Positions 1 to 11,444 of a stretch of 64,000 bases of DNA are shown here, one piece after another (the stretch's first letter is position 1; every line of letters starts with the position of its first letter). The notes under the pieces are model-generated. The model was not told where the DNA came from. It ran no database searches and was given only the letters and a program-made list of their open reading frames with translations. This DNA is from Octopus vulgaris (lineage: Eukaryota): contig OX597832.1 in the NCBI GenBank assembly GCA_951406725.2, positions 19,840,001 to 19,904,000 of the forward strand, written 5' to 3'. The translations under genes were made by a program, and so were the position numbers.

Positions 1-92
1 AGTCGACCTCGGCGGAATTTGAACTCAGAACGTAGCGGCAGACGAAATACCGATAAGCATTTCGCCCGGCGTGTTAACGTTTCTGCCAGCTC
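1..92 (-). mobile_element. SINE family A (tRNA-derived), 5' part, cut by the window edge
   Basis: Reverse complement reads CGAGCTGGCAGAAACGTTAAC...GAGTTCAAATTCCGCCGAGGTCGAC, with Pol III A/B-box-like motifs. Near-identical to the copies at 8981-9213 and 57973-58371. Confidence 0.85.
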
Positions 93-325
93 GGGGAAAC
101 AAACACACCAGCATCGGTCGGGTGGGGGTGGGGGTTAAACACACACACACACATATATGTACGACGGGGTTCTTTCAGTAGTTTTCGTCTGCCAAATGCG
201 CTTCCAATGCTTAATTCTGCCCAAAGCTGAAGCAGAAAACGCTTGCCCAAGGTGTCGTGCAGTGAGAATGAACACGGAACCATGTAATTGGGAAACAAGC
301 TTTTTTCCACACAGCCACGCCCGCG
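93..325 (-). mobile_element. SINE family B, 5' half, degenerate
   Basis: Matches the copy at 36694-37079 (acgacggg-ttctttcagt...ttgcccaaggtg...ggaaccatgt...ccacacagccac). Confidence 0.8.
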
Positions 326-1091
326 CCCGTGTCTAACTACTATTTCAAACTAAATTATTAATTCATTATTATCTCGTTGAATCACACATTGTTCCACGTC
401 GCTTTCGTTTAATTGCAAGTAAATTGGTCCTCATTCTTCTGAGACCCGCCTAAATTTATTAAATTTAGAGATGAATTTTCGCAAATTAAAGAATTAGTTT
501 TGTGTCGATGTCAGGCGTAGAAAACTGAGATCTACTTATCTTTTGTAGAAATAGCAACGTTGTATTTTTTTTGGTTAACATCTAGTGTGCCCTAGCAGAG
601 GTTACTAAGCGTTCCAACTTGGACTATCTCAACTTCCTCCCATATATTGCGTATCTCGGACTGTATATATGTACTATTTATAGGGAGTAATGCAAGGGAG
701 AGAATATGCTCCGATTGAATAGCTAAAGTTGGTTCTCCCGCTGCCTTGATGACCTACCCTGATTGAGAATACTCTTGAGTAAAAGCAATCCAACCGTGAC
801 AAAAACGTCTTTTGCTGGGCTAGGGAGCCCTGAATGATTCTGTCCTGAATGTTTAGGATGTAATGCATGAAAGAGATTTGGCTGCTATTTCTAATTCTGG
901 AATATTGTTCGACAATGTAGAGACTGTAATTGGTTCGTATATGGCTGTTGTTGTTGCTGAGTTGTTGTTGTTGTTGTTTTTGCTATTGCTGTAATGTTAT
1001 TGTGGTTGCTTAATTAGTTACACAACATTTCGTACTTATTAACTTCATAATTAGGAGTGAAATATTTTCCTTGAAATTAAATCTATTCAAC

Positions 1092-1110
1092 AATTGTTGT
1101 TGTAGTTGCT

Positions 1111-1175
<65 letters not shown>
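1092..1175. repeat. (GTA)n trinucleotide microsatellite
   Basis: Pure gta repeat visible directly; it explains the poly-Ser ORF. Confidence 0.95.
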
Positions 1176-1224
1176 TATTGTTGTTCTTGTTCTTGTTTCT
1201 GTTATTTTTTCCTGCAACTTTTGT

Positions 1225-1400
1225 TGCTGTTGTTGTTGTTTTTAGCTCCAGGTGACCAGTTGAGAACTAATGCAAATGTGATTGAATTAAAGATATTCCA
1301 GCTGTGGCTATCCAAAGTTTTGAAGGAGTACACATCACACTATATTACATGGAATCTGACGGAGATTTGGTGCCTATTTATAGTAAGTCTAACAAATGTA
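1225..1400. mobile_element. Unclassified dispersed repeat (family E, probably a SINE/LINE tail ending in (CAA)n)
   Basis: The motif gagatttggctgctatttcta recurs at ~873, ~1362 and ~57680, and as reverse complement at ~36038 and ~63162. It is associated with (TTG)n-ttagc(t/c)ccagg at 1225-1252 and 56660-56710. Confidence 0.55.
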
Positions 1401-1677
1401 TACACATATTTCCTTTTTCCCTTTCTCTCCATCATTGGTTCTTTTATTCTAGTGTTTTAAACAATAGAGATATAATGAGACAAATCCATTCCCATACCAT
1501 AATATATAAATCGTGCCTCCTTCGTAAAGGGAAGAAATAATTTGTTTAATTCTTATCCATAATGTTATCAGAAGTAAGAAAACCATTTGTTAATCGATTA
1601 ATATCAGCATTTCTGGGCTCCTATACAGAGTTATTTTAGTTTATAGTGATGTGTCGAGACAAGTGCGTTTTACGCTA

Positions 1678-2414
1678 TATGAGGGGTTACAAAAAAGAAA
1701 CCCGAATTTTACAATATTATTTTTTTCACTTACATGTTTACACTGTTCTCCATTTGAAGTAATGTATTGGTCCAGATGTTCGAAGCCGTTCGAACATCCC
1801 CTATACGAAGCCGTTCTGGAACTCCTGCAATGTGACGGTGGTTAAGAATGGTAACGCATTCAGTCGTAACTGCTTTTGATCGTCCGTGAGCAAGCGAGGC
1901 ACAAATTTTGCTGCATCTCTTTACATACGTAATTGCTCGCTCAAAATTCGTAGGCAGGAGCTCCAGAACACACCACTCATAACAAAAAGTTTGTCAATTG
2001 TTAGGCGACGGACCTCCAAGATCAGTTCATGAATTTTCATGATGTTTCCATTCGTTCGGGAGGTCGACGGTCGTTCTGAACAAAATTGCTCTTCATGCGA
2101 CAAGTGAACATTTCTAAAGCGTGAAAAACCACTCGTAAACATATGTTTCGTTCAAGGCAGCATCCTTGTAAGCTGTTTGAAGCGCGACAACTCGGCGGCA
2201 GTTTTCCCCAGCAGAAAACAAAATTTCAGAGAAGCATGCTGCTCCTTCGTTTCAAAGACACACAAGGTGACATTATGACCAAGAACAGATAACGCCGGTC
2301 GGTAGACTGATGCCTGAGTATTACATCAAGTGGCTTCTAGCGGCGAAAGCCTGAACTACAACGGGCTTTCCCAAACGAACAACGTTTCCGGTTACTTTTT
2401 ATTACCCCGTCGTA
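1678..2414 (-). mobile_element. Mariner (Tc1/mariner) element, internally deleted, with a transposase pseudogene
   Basis: Imperfect ~29-bp TIRs (TATGAGGGGTTACAAAAAAGAAACCCGAA vs revcomp TACGACGGGGTAATAAAAAGTAACCGGAA) with TA ends. Minus-strand peptides KFCFLLGKTAA, FSRFRN..SERPSTSRT..RRLTI and AAKFVPRLLT are typical of the mariner HTH and WVPRxL region. The DDD catalytic core is missing. Confidence 0.9.
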
Positions 2415-2528
2415 TCGACATCCTGTCCTCTCAGGAACAGAAAGAAATAGCACTTGCAATTATATAGGCACGCATAAGTGCATATATGCATTCAAATGTT
2501 AATACTTCGCTCTATCAGAAGTGGTTAC

Positions 2529-2604
2529 CTTGGCTCCTGGATGAGTGCATCATTATAACTGTTGTGGTGCCTTCCATATTTTATTAAACCTCTGCTCCCC
2601 CACC
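2529..2604 (-). other. Candidate 76-nt exon (minus strand)
   Basis: Acceptor tcttcttttgttacag and donor CAAG|gtaacc. One frame is open throughout (WGSRGLIKYGRHHNSYNDALIQEP). No homology recognised. Confidence 0.25.
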
Positions 2605-2700
2605 CTGTAACAAAAGAAGATGTCATTAGAAACCACTTCGATACTCATACTCGCATACTTGTACACATAATTTAATACTCTGTTCATTTATTTTATACAG

Positions 2701-2718
2701 GATTCTTTCGGCTCGTGT
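2701..2718 (+). other. Candidate 18-nt microexon
   Basis: ttcatttattttatacag|GATTCTTTCGGCTCGTGT|gtgagt; length is a multiple of 3. Confidence 0.25.
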
Positions 2719-3400
2719 GTGAGTTTCTCGCCCGAAACCTTCTCCATATTATATTAAACAACTGCTCTCTAGGAATAGAAGAATGTATACTGTTTATCTG
2801 TCCACATTCCAGAATTCAGAAATTATCGAGCTGATCGAACGTATTGGAGTCCCTTCGGTTCTTGTGAAGGAGTGTCGAGATTATAGTGACTTGGTTCTCT
2901 CTAAATCCCTCTCCATATTATATTTAACGCCAGCACCCCAGCAACAGAAGTATAATATGCTGCGTAGCTTTAACAATATCGCAGAAGTCAGGAAATACGA
3001 AGCTGCTCCATCATGCAGATACTACTTTGGTTCCTATTTGGCGTCACTATTATTTATGAATCTAACATGAATAGTTGTGATGTGGTGAGTTGAATCCCTT
3101 TCTATTGTATATTAAACCTTTGCGTCTCTCGTCTCTGAAATGTAAGAAGACATACTGTTTATTTCTCTCATATTCCACATGTAAGAAAATATCAGATTGA
3201 AAGAACGTATAGAGCCTTTTTCGCCTCCTGTACGGATGTGTCGGAGATAATAGTGATGTAGTGAGTCGAATCTCTCGCCAATATTATGAAGACAAAATAA
3301 AAACAAAAACACACCTCTACCCCAAACAAAAATGTGATATAGAAAGACGCGAGCTGTTTATCTCTGTCCATATTCTAGAAGTCAACAGACACACAAGCGT
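2715..3400. repeat. Degenerate tandem repeat, ~170-200 bp unit, about 4 copies
   Basis: Recurring gtga(g/c)t...ctcc/atattatatt motif at ~2719, 2886, 3085 and 3262, and ctgttta...ca(c/t)att(c)yaga motif at ~2790, 3155 and 3353. Confidence 0.55.
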
Positions 3401-3970
3401 GATAGTTACAATACCCTAATGCCATCTCTCTAACGGTACGTGACTACAGATTTCGCCATTATGCAATCCATTATCACATAGGCCCAAACTTGGATTTCAA
3501 TAGATTTGCAAACACTAATCAATATAGCTCCAGATATTATTACCATGTGAATTCGTGCATTATGTATATATGTATATGTTTGCTTGGCGATATGAACGTG
3601 GGTACAAGTGCATGTGTTAATGTTAGTATGCGCGGGTTTGGGAAATATGTATGTCCTGTGTTTTGTGTATTCGATCGAGAGAGAGACAGAGAAGGCGAGA
3701 GAGAGAGAGAGAGATGGAAGAGAGGAAAAGAGAGAGGTGAGGAGAGTATGTGAGATTGTGTTTTTGTATGCGTGTGAAGGCGTGTGTAAGGAGATTTCAG
3801 TCTATTTGTGTATATGTGAGTGAATTTGGTGAGATGTAAGTGTACGGCAGGGAGTGAGTAGATAACTGTTTGTATATGAAAGTATTTCTAAGAACTATAT
3901 TCATACATGCATGCAAATACACACACACACACACATATATATATATATGTATGTATGTATATGTATATAT

Positions 3971-4401
3971 ATATATATCTATATACATATGTAGATGTGT
4001 GTATATATATGAATAAATATAAACACATGTTCATATAATATACATATATACATAATCATATATGTATATATGTATATACGTATATATACATATATATATA
4101 TATATGTGTGTGTGTGTGAATGTACGTATGTATGTATGATTGTATGTATGTATGTATGTATGTATGTATGTATGCATGTATGTGTATGTGGGTAATTACA
4201 CTCAATAACGCACACGCACACAAAACAACTATACACATATATGTGTATATGCATGGTTTTTTGTGTGCGTATGTTATTATGTGTTTGTGTATATATATCT
4301 ATATACATATGTAGATGTGTGTATATATATGAATAAATATAAACACATGTTCATATAATATACATATATACATAAACATATATGTATATATGTATATACG
4401 C

Positions 4402-4446
<45 letters not shown>

Positions 4447-4600
4447 AATGTACGTATGTATGTATGTACGTATGTATGTATGTATGTATGTATATGTGGT
4501 TAATTACACTCAATAAAGCACACGCACGCAAAACAACTATACACATATATGTGTATATGTATGGTTATTTGTGTGCGTATGTTAGTATGTGTTTGTGTAT
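3971..4600. repeat. Tandem duplication, ~320-bp unit x2
   Basis: atatatatctatatacatatgtagatgtgtg...gaataaatataaacacatgttc starts at both 3971 and 4291; the internal ttacactcaataa...aaaacaactatac is also repeated. Confidence 0.92.
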
Positions 4601-4877
4601 GAAAGCTGCAAAATTATCTTCGAAAATCCATGCGGATATTTTGCATGAATTTGTACGTAAAACTGAGAATCACTATAAGTAAGTTTAGGTGGATAGGTGT
4701 ATCGAGCTACGAAAGAGCTTATTGAAATATGGGTGCATATCAGGGTATGACGGAATAAGTATATTTGTGCATGAGATAAATGAATACGAGAACTGAATAA
4801 CTATGTAATACACATGCACACACATACATACGCATGTACACAAAAACATATATAGATATATACATACAGGCATACGT

Positions 4878-4920
<43 letters not shown>

Positions 4921-5025
4921 GTGCATTTTCGTTGACTTTTCATATTTTACCCTTACATTTCCACGTGTATTTTATATTTTCTTTTTGTAACATATTTCTA
5001 CTATATATACTTATATATACATATG

Positions 5026-5104
<79 letters not shown>

Positions 5105-5165
5105 TATATATTCATATTTATGTGTGTATGTGTGCATATATGTATATATACATATATATAAATAC

Positions 5166-5196
<31 letters not shown>

Positions 5197-5203
5197 TATA
5201 TGT

Positions 5204-5259
<56 letters not shown>

Positions 5260-5365
5260 TTGTATATCAATATAGGTATGTATGTATGTATGCACATAAA
5301 ACATATACGTATACCATATCATGTGTTTAAGTTCATTTACACATGAAGCAAGCGTGGGGGATATA

Positions 5366-5746
5366 TCTCTATATATAAACGGCAGTTTGTCTGTGCGTTT
5401 TCTGTGTGTCTGTTTTCTCGTACCCTCACTCTGACCACGGCTTTCAACCGATTCTGATGAAACTTGACACACACATAGCCCAATGTCATAATTCAAAACT
5501 AACGCAGCGAAAATTTTGAAAAGTTCCCCCAGTTCTGAAAAAAATCGATAAATTCGACATGGGGTCGAGAATTAGAAACCCAAACCACAGACCGTCTAGG
5601 GGACGCAACTCCACCTTTTTTAACTTTCAAAAAAATTTACCATCATTTTTTTTCCATTTTTTTGCTATTTTTTGGCTATAACTCTCTAAAAATGCTTTAT
5701 AGTTAGTTCCCTTACAAACCTGAGCAACGCCGGGCGATACTGCTAG
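5366..5746 (+). mobile_element. Non-autonomous Helitron-like element
   Basis: A|TC start (TCTCTATATATAAA), an internal caaccgattctgatgaaacttg motif, a subterminal GC-rich hairpin cctgagcaacgccggg and a CTAG|T end. No TIR or TSD, and it is inserted between A and T. Confidence 0.75.
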
Positions 5747-5879
5747 TAATTTAATAATTGTAAGCTCTGATTATATATTTATATGTTTAACCGCAAACAT
5801 AGCCACTGGATTATCTTATTCTGTATTGTTTACGAGTCATTTAAATGGAATTTCATATATTGTTCGTGTGATAATTTTT

Positions 5880-6230
5880 GCGTGTCAATTTCCGCCGAGG
5901 TCGACTTTAGTTTTCATTCTTTCGGGATCGATAAATTAAGTACCAGTTTCCTACTGGGGTCGATTTTATCGACTGGTACACTCCCCAGAAATTTCGAGCC
6001 TTATGCCTCGAGTAGAAAAGAATATTTGAGATAATAGGACGGCGATCTGGCAGAATCGTTAGAAAGACCGGGGAATATGCTAAGCGCATTTCATCCCTCT
6101 TTACATTCCGAATTGAAATTCCGCTGAGCTCGATTTTTGCCTTTCGTAGTTGATAAAAGTAAGTATCAGCTCATTGCTGGGGTCAATGTAATCTACTTAC
6201 CCCACCTACTCAAAACTGATGGCCTTATAT
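5880..6230 (+). mobile_element. Two adjacent degenerate SINE A copies
   Basis: tccgccgaggtcgacttt...ataaattaagtaccag...ctggggtcgat at 5890-5975, followed by a second head ggcgatctggcagaatcgttag at ~6041. Confidence 0.75.
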
Positions 6231-6384
6231 ATACGCAGTGATAACTCAAATGATATAATCACAAATTTACTGTAGTTTTCCTGTGAATCTATTTTTCCGT
6301 GACTTATTGTTCCTGAGTTAGAAGCAACAGAGTTCCGAAAGTCTAAGGATATCTTCACCCCTTTTTTTCATGGGTTTTTATCTT

Positions 6385-7270
6385 TCATTTCTTTCAGTTT
6401 TTAGACTGTGGGCATACTGTAGCACCGCTTTGAATGGTTTAGCCAGATAAATCAACTCTCAAATAATTTTTTTAAAGACTACTACTCACCTTACTGGTTT
6501 GTTTATAGCGACGTAAAGAAACAAACACTGCTGGTCAAGCTCTCGTGCGGGACAAGCGTAAACACAAACACACATACGCATAGATAAATATACATATCTA
6601 TATACGACGGGCGTCTTCTCAATTTCCAGATACCGTAAATCCTCGAGTATAACCGCATTTTTTTCCCAAAATTTAAAGGTCATAATCCCTCGTGCGTACT
6701 ATATACGAAGTTAAAAATGAAAAATATTTTCTAAGCAATGTCCGAGTCTCTATTTAGTCCGACAATGTTTATTCAGACGCATTTTGTGATATCGGGCGTG
6801 AAAATACCTTAAGCTAAGCCTGAAAGCAATGAAGTCATAAAAGAATCATTCATAACTTGCAGCAAGCAACATTTATTAAAATAAAAGTATACGGAACACA
6901 GAATAACATGTATCAAAAACAATTTGTAAACATATTTACATTCCCATATAACAGTTGAGAACATTGCCATTATTGTATTACGCATGCGCGGAAGTGTTTG
7001 TTCGACTAGGTGCTGCTGGCTCAAGTTAGAGAAGGAGTGCGTTTTATACACAAGGTTTAGGTTTTTGAGAGGTACAGCCCCCTAAAAATCCCCTGCGTAT
7101 TATACTCAAGGGCGGACTATACTCGAAGATTTTCGGTATCAAGTCCAATTGCATTACAAGGCTTTGGTCGATTCGGAGCAATAGTAGAAAACACATGCAA
7201 AAGATGCCAAGCCTTGGAACTGAACCCGAAACTATATAAACTGGAAGCAAAGTTCTTACTATACAGTCAT
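6385..7270 (-). mobile_element. Degenerate SINE B split by a nested MITE
   Basis: The consensus cgacgggcttctttcagtttccgtc-TA-ccaaatccactcacaaggctttggtcg is split: first part at 6605-6630, remainder from 7139. Confidence 0.75.
6633..7136. mobile_element. MITE with CCGT-type TIRs (Tc1/mariner superfamily, Tc2/pogo-like), TA duplication
   Basis: TA-CCGTAAATCCTCGAGTATA ... TATACTCGAAGATTTTCGG-TA (19/21 inverted match including TA); subterminal repeats tgcgta(c/t)tata; no coding capacity. Confidence 0.85.
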
Positions 7271-7561
7271 ATAAGCGAAATATCTGTCAACTCTTATCAG
7301 TTTAATTAAATAGGTAGACACACTGAAATATATTACTTCAAAATCTTTATATATAACTGACGTAAAAAGAAAGACGTGATGTTCAAAGTTAGATCACCAA
7401 TACCCAAGTGTTGAAGCTCGGGGAGTGTTAGGTCGCTAAACAACGAGAATAAAAACAGGATCTCGAAAAACCTGTGAGACGGAATTAGCATCTTATATTT
7501 GTTTTCGCTGCGAATGGTTTTCATCAATTGTGTTACGTTTGTTAGATCTACCAACTGTAAT

Positions 7562-7945
7562 GGGGAAGCACTCCGTCGGTTACGACGACGAGGGTTCCGG
7601 TTGATCCGAATCAACGGAACAGCCTGCTCGTGAAATTAACGTGTAAGTGGATGAGCACTCCACAGACATGTGCACCCTTAACGTAGTTCTCGGGGATATT
7701 CAGCATGACTCAGAGAGTGACAAGGCCGGCCCATTGAAATACAGGTACAACAGAAACAGGAAGTAAGAGTGAGAGAAAGTTGTGGCGAAAGAGTACAGCA
7801 GGCATCACCACCATCCCCTGCCGGAGCCTCGTGGAGCTTTAGGTGCTTTTGCTCAATAAACACTCACAACGCCCGGTCTGGGAATCGAAACCGCGATCCT
7901 ATGACCGCGAATCCGCTGCCCTAACCACTGGGCCATTGCGCCTCC
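7562..7945 (-). mobile_element. SINE family C, full length, 12-bp TSD
   Basis: tRNA-like head with A box TGGCCCAGTGG and B box GGTTTCGATTCCC. TSD accaactgtaat at 7550-7561 and 7946-7957. Highly similar to 62021-62401. Confidence 0.93.
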
Positions 7946-8010
7946 ACCAACTGTAATATACGACATAATACTTTTGAAGTTTGCAGTTAAGTTTTTCTTG
8001 TTTGTTTCAG

Positions 8011-8073
8011 ATTGTATCATGCATGAAGGGATCCCTATATATATACATATGCACAAACACTCACATGCAACAG
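8011..8073 (+). other. Candidate 63-nt exon (low complexity, possibly UTR)
   Basis: Strong acceptor gtttttcttgtttgtttcag; moderate donor CAG|gtatca. Confidence 0.25.
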
Positions 8074-8207
8074 GTATCACGATGAGTAACTATATATACA
8101 TAAACACATCTATACATACACATATATTCGATATATATGCATATATATATATGCACGAATGCATAAATATATGTCTATGAGCATGCAGATAGACACAGAC
8201 ACACACG

Positions 8208-8262
<55 letters not shown>

Positions 8263-8263
8263 A

Positions 8264-8472
8264 AGGCGCATGAGTGCCTGTGTTGCAGGCTCAGGAGTAG
8301 CTGTGAGACAGGCGCAGTAGTGGCTGTCTGGCAAGTAGCTTGTTTACCAACCACATTGTTTCGTGTGAAATCCCGCTGTGTAGCACCTTGGGTAAGTGTC
8401 TTCTACTATAGCCTCGGGCAGACCAAAGCCTTGTGAGTGGATTTAGTAGACAGAAACTGAAAGAAGCCCCTC

Positions 8473-8546
<74 letters not shown>

Positions 8547-8762
8547 GATTATGTTTGTGTGTCGGTGTTTGAACCCCAACATTGCTTGACAACCGATGTT
8601 GGTGTGTTGACGTCCCCGTAATTTTGCTGTTCGGCAAAAGGATGTGATAGAATAAGTACTGGGCTTACAAAGAATTAGTAATGTGGTCGATTTGCTCAAC
8701 TAAAGGCGGTGCTCCAACATGGGCGCAGTCAACTGACTGAAACAAATAAAAGAATAAAAGAG
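8264..8762 (+). mobile_element. SINE family B, full length, with an internal (TA)n/(TATG)n tract and a triplicated 5' end
   Basis: Head tggctgtctggcaagtagcttg, then gcaccttgggtaagtgtcttctactatagcctcggg (CORE/MIR-like accttgggcaagt motif), central microsatellite, and tail ggcggtgctcc...gactgaaacaaataaaag. Confidence 0.9.
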
Positions 8763-8779
8763 CATAGACAGATAGATAA

Positions 8780-8844
<65 letters not shown>

Positions 8845-8980
8845 CAGATAGATAGCGAGAGAGAGAGAGAGAGGTGTCGTGGATAGAAATGAAGTCGACT
8901 ACTTGGAAACCGGTACTTTTCGAAATTGTTTAGGGAGTAGCGCTATTTTTATTAAGAATAATTATATGTAATAACATACC

Positions 8981-9213
8981 TATTTCTTTACTACCCACAA
9001 GGGGCTAAACACAGAGAGGACAAACAAGGACAGACAAACGGATTAAGTCGACTATATCGACCCCAGCGCGTAACTGGTACTTATTTAATAGACCCCGAAA
9101 GGATGAAAGGCAAAGCCGACCTCAGCGGAATTTGAACTCAGAACGTAACGGCAGACGAAATAGGGCTACGCATTTCACCCGACGTGCTAACGTTTCTGCC
9201 AGCTCGCCGCCTT
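8981..9213 (-). mobile_element. SINE family A monomer (long tail), 17-bp TSD
   Basis: TSD atatgtaataacatacc at 8964-8980 and 9216-9232; matches the first unit of 57973-58371. Confidence 0.92.
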
Positions 9214-11029
9214 TAATATGTAATAACATACCATAGAAAACAAATATGAAGTAAAGTACAAAACGATAAAATAAATAAAAGTGCAAAAATGTAATTAACA
9301 AAAGAAGTTAAATAGATTATGTTTCAAATAAGAATAAGGCGTTCAAACAAGGAAAATACTTTAAATTATTTTTATTAATCCTTGGATTAGTTATAAGCAT
9401 TAAAAATATGGCAATTCATTTATATCACAATAATTTCTTAATTTTGCGCCAGAGCGCTCAATAGGTCAAACCAATACCTTTAAATAGACGGTGTCTCTTT
9501 CTGAAAATGAGAGATAATGCTGAAGACACCTATTGAGGTAGAAACATGATCAGAACTGTTTTCTACTCATCAGATATCAAACAATCTTTTCCTTAAAACA
9601 CAAGTCAAATTTAAGTTTATTCTTTATTTTTGCGATTATATCACCTTCGCTTTTGCAAATAATCGCCACCAATCGATATTACTACCCCTTCTTGAGATAA
9701 TTTCAATAAATTACACGTTTATATTGTATGTTATTTAATGTACTCTTATTTGTCTTCCTTGTACAAATAACTGACTCTATTAATTTTGAGTATCTTTTTC
9801 TCTTCATTTCATATTTTTAAACTAGCCTGAGAGGATGATAAAGACGTTCGTTTCTGCTGGAATTTGAACACAGAATTTATAAGATTGGAATTAATTTCTG
9901 GTAGACTTTTCATCTGACATTTTTATTTTTTCCTTTTATTGTTTTCCTTTTATTGTACTCCATTCTTTATTGGAAAACGTGTTGCACTTCGTTGCTTCGA
10001 ATATCATTTCAGCTATTTTATGAGCAGAGGCATTTATCTCTAGAATTTAGCTCAATAATTTAGAATTTATCCCTAGAATATAACTCTAGTACACCAGAAT
10101 TCAAAGCTTTCGATATCATATGGAATAAGTATTTCAAACAAAGGTAGGGATTTAATTACATTTTAAATTTTGGATTTGTTAAATATTTATTAATTAAGCT
10201 TAATAAAAAAGAATATAAAACTGTTAAATAATTTAATTCGTTACTACAGCTATTGTATCTACATTGTTGAAAACTGTTTTGTGTGTATGTACGTACGTAC
10301 GTATGTCATTATTCAGTATTATTTCAAGATCAGTTGTCAAAAAAGAGCCAGTTTCTAACCTAAATCCAAGACTTCTTCATTGGAATTTCAGCATCAACTA
10401 TATAGTTTTTTTGTATGTATATCTGTATGTATGTGTACGTGCAGATTTGTATGCTTTGTTTTATGTATGTCTTCTCATGCATATAGTTGCATATATAGAC
10501 ATATATATGGAAGGTGCATATATAGACATGTTCATATATATTGAAATGATAAACTTCTGGAAAGTTTATAGATTTTTACAGTTCCATTGATGGCTACATT
10601 CTGTAGTCTTCGAAGCCTAATTTCTCAAGATAGGTATTTAGTCATTGTGATGTATGTATGTATGTATGTATGTATGTATGTATGTATGTATGTATGTATG
10701 TATGTATGTATGCATGTATGTATGCATGTATATATATATGTATGTATATATATATATATATATGTATGCATGTATATATGTATGTATGTATGTATATATG
10801 TATGTTTGTATGTAGCGGTGCATATGTCTAGGGGGTGGAATCGTTGCTGTAACCATGATGCCCTGGTGATCTGAGGAGGTAGGTTTCTTTATTTGCATTG
10901 ATTTTTGGATATCTAATTATAAGATAAAATGCCGAGCAAGTATATTAATGTGAAGATGCAAGGATAATTGCTTCCACACAAAAATTAATACAACAGGAAC
11001 AAGGTGGTAAAGCAGCCTTAACCCTAAGG

Positions 11030-11355
11030 ATGCCTCGTATGAAAAAGTATCACACCCTAGCAGTAGAGGGGACCTGCGGAAGAGGTAGACCCAGGAAGTC
11101 CTGGGATGAGGAGTTGAAGCATGAGCTTCAAGTGTTGGGCCTCAGCGAGGCGATGACAAGTGACCGAGACCTTTGGAGATATGCTGTGCTTGAGAAGACC
11201 CAGCAAGCCAGGTGAGACCGTAACCGTGGCCAATGCCAGTGCAGCATAACCAAACCGGTTAAGAGTACCTTTCAATCATTGGGCAATAACCTTTGCTTGC
11301 GAAAACATGTTGAGGCAAGTGAAGTCGCCGTGTCCGATGACAGTACCGCCTGATT
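11030..11355 (+). mobile_element. RTE-like LINE 3' fragment (ORF C-terminus plus 3' UTR)
   Basis: Peptide VEGTCGRGRPRKSWDEELKHEL...DRDLWRYAV fits the GRPxxxW...DRxxWR C-terminal signature of RTE-clade reverse transcriptases. Confidence 0.8.
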
Positions 11356-11444
11356 GCATACAGGAATAATTATATCCGCATGTGTATAACTGTATATATA
11401 CTAGTGTTTTCAAATTTTCAATTCCTTATGTCTAAAAAGGATCA

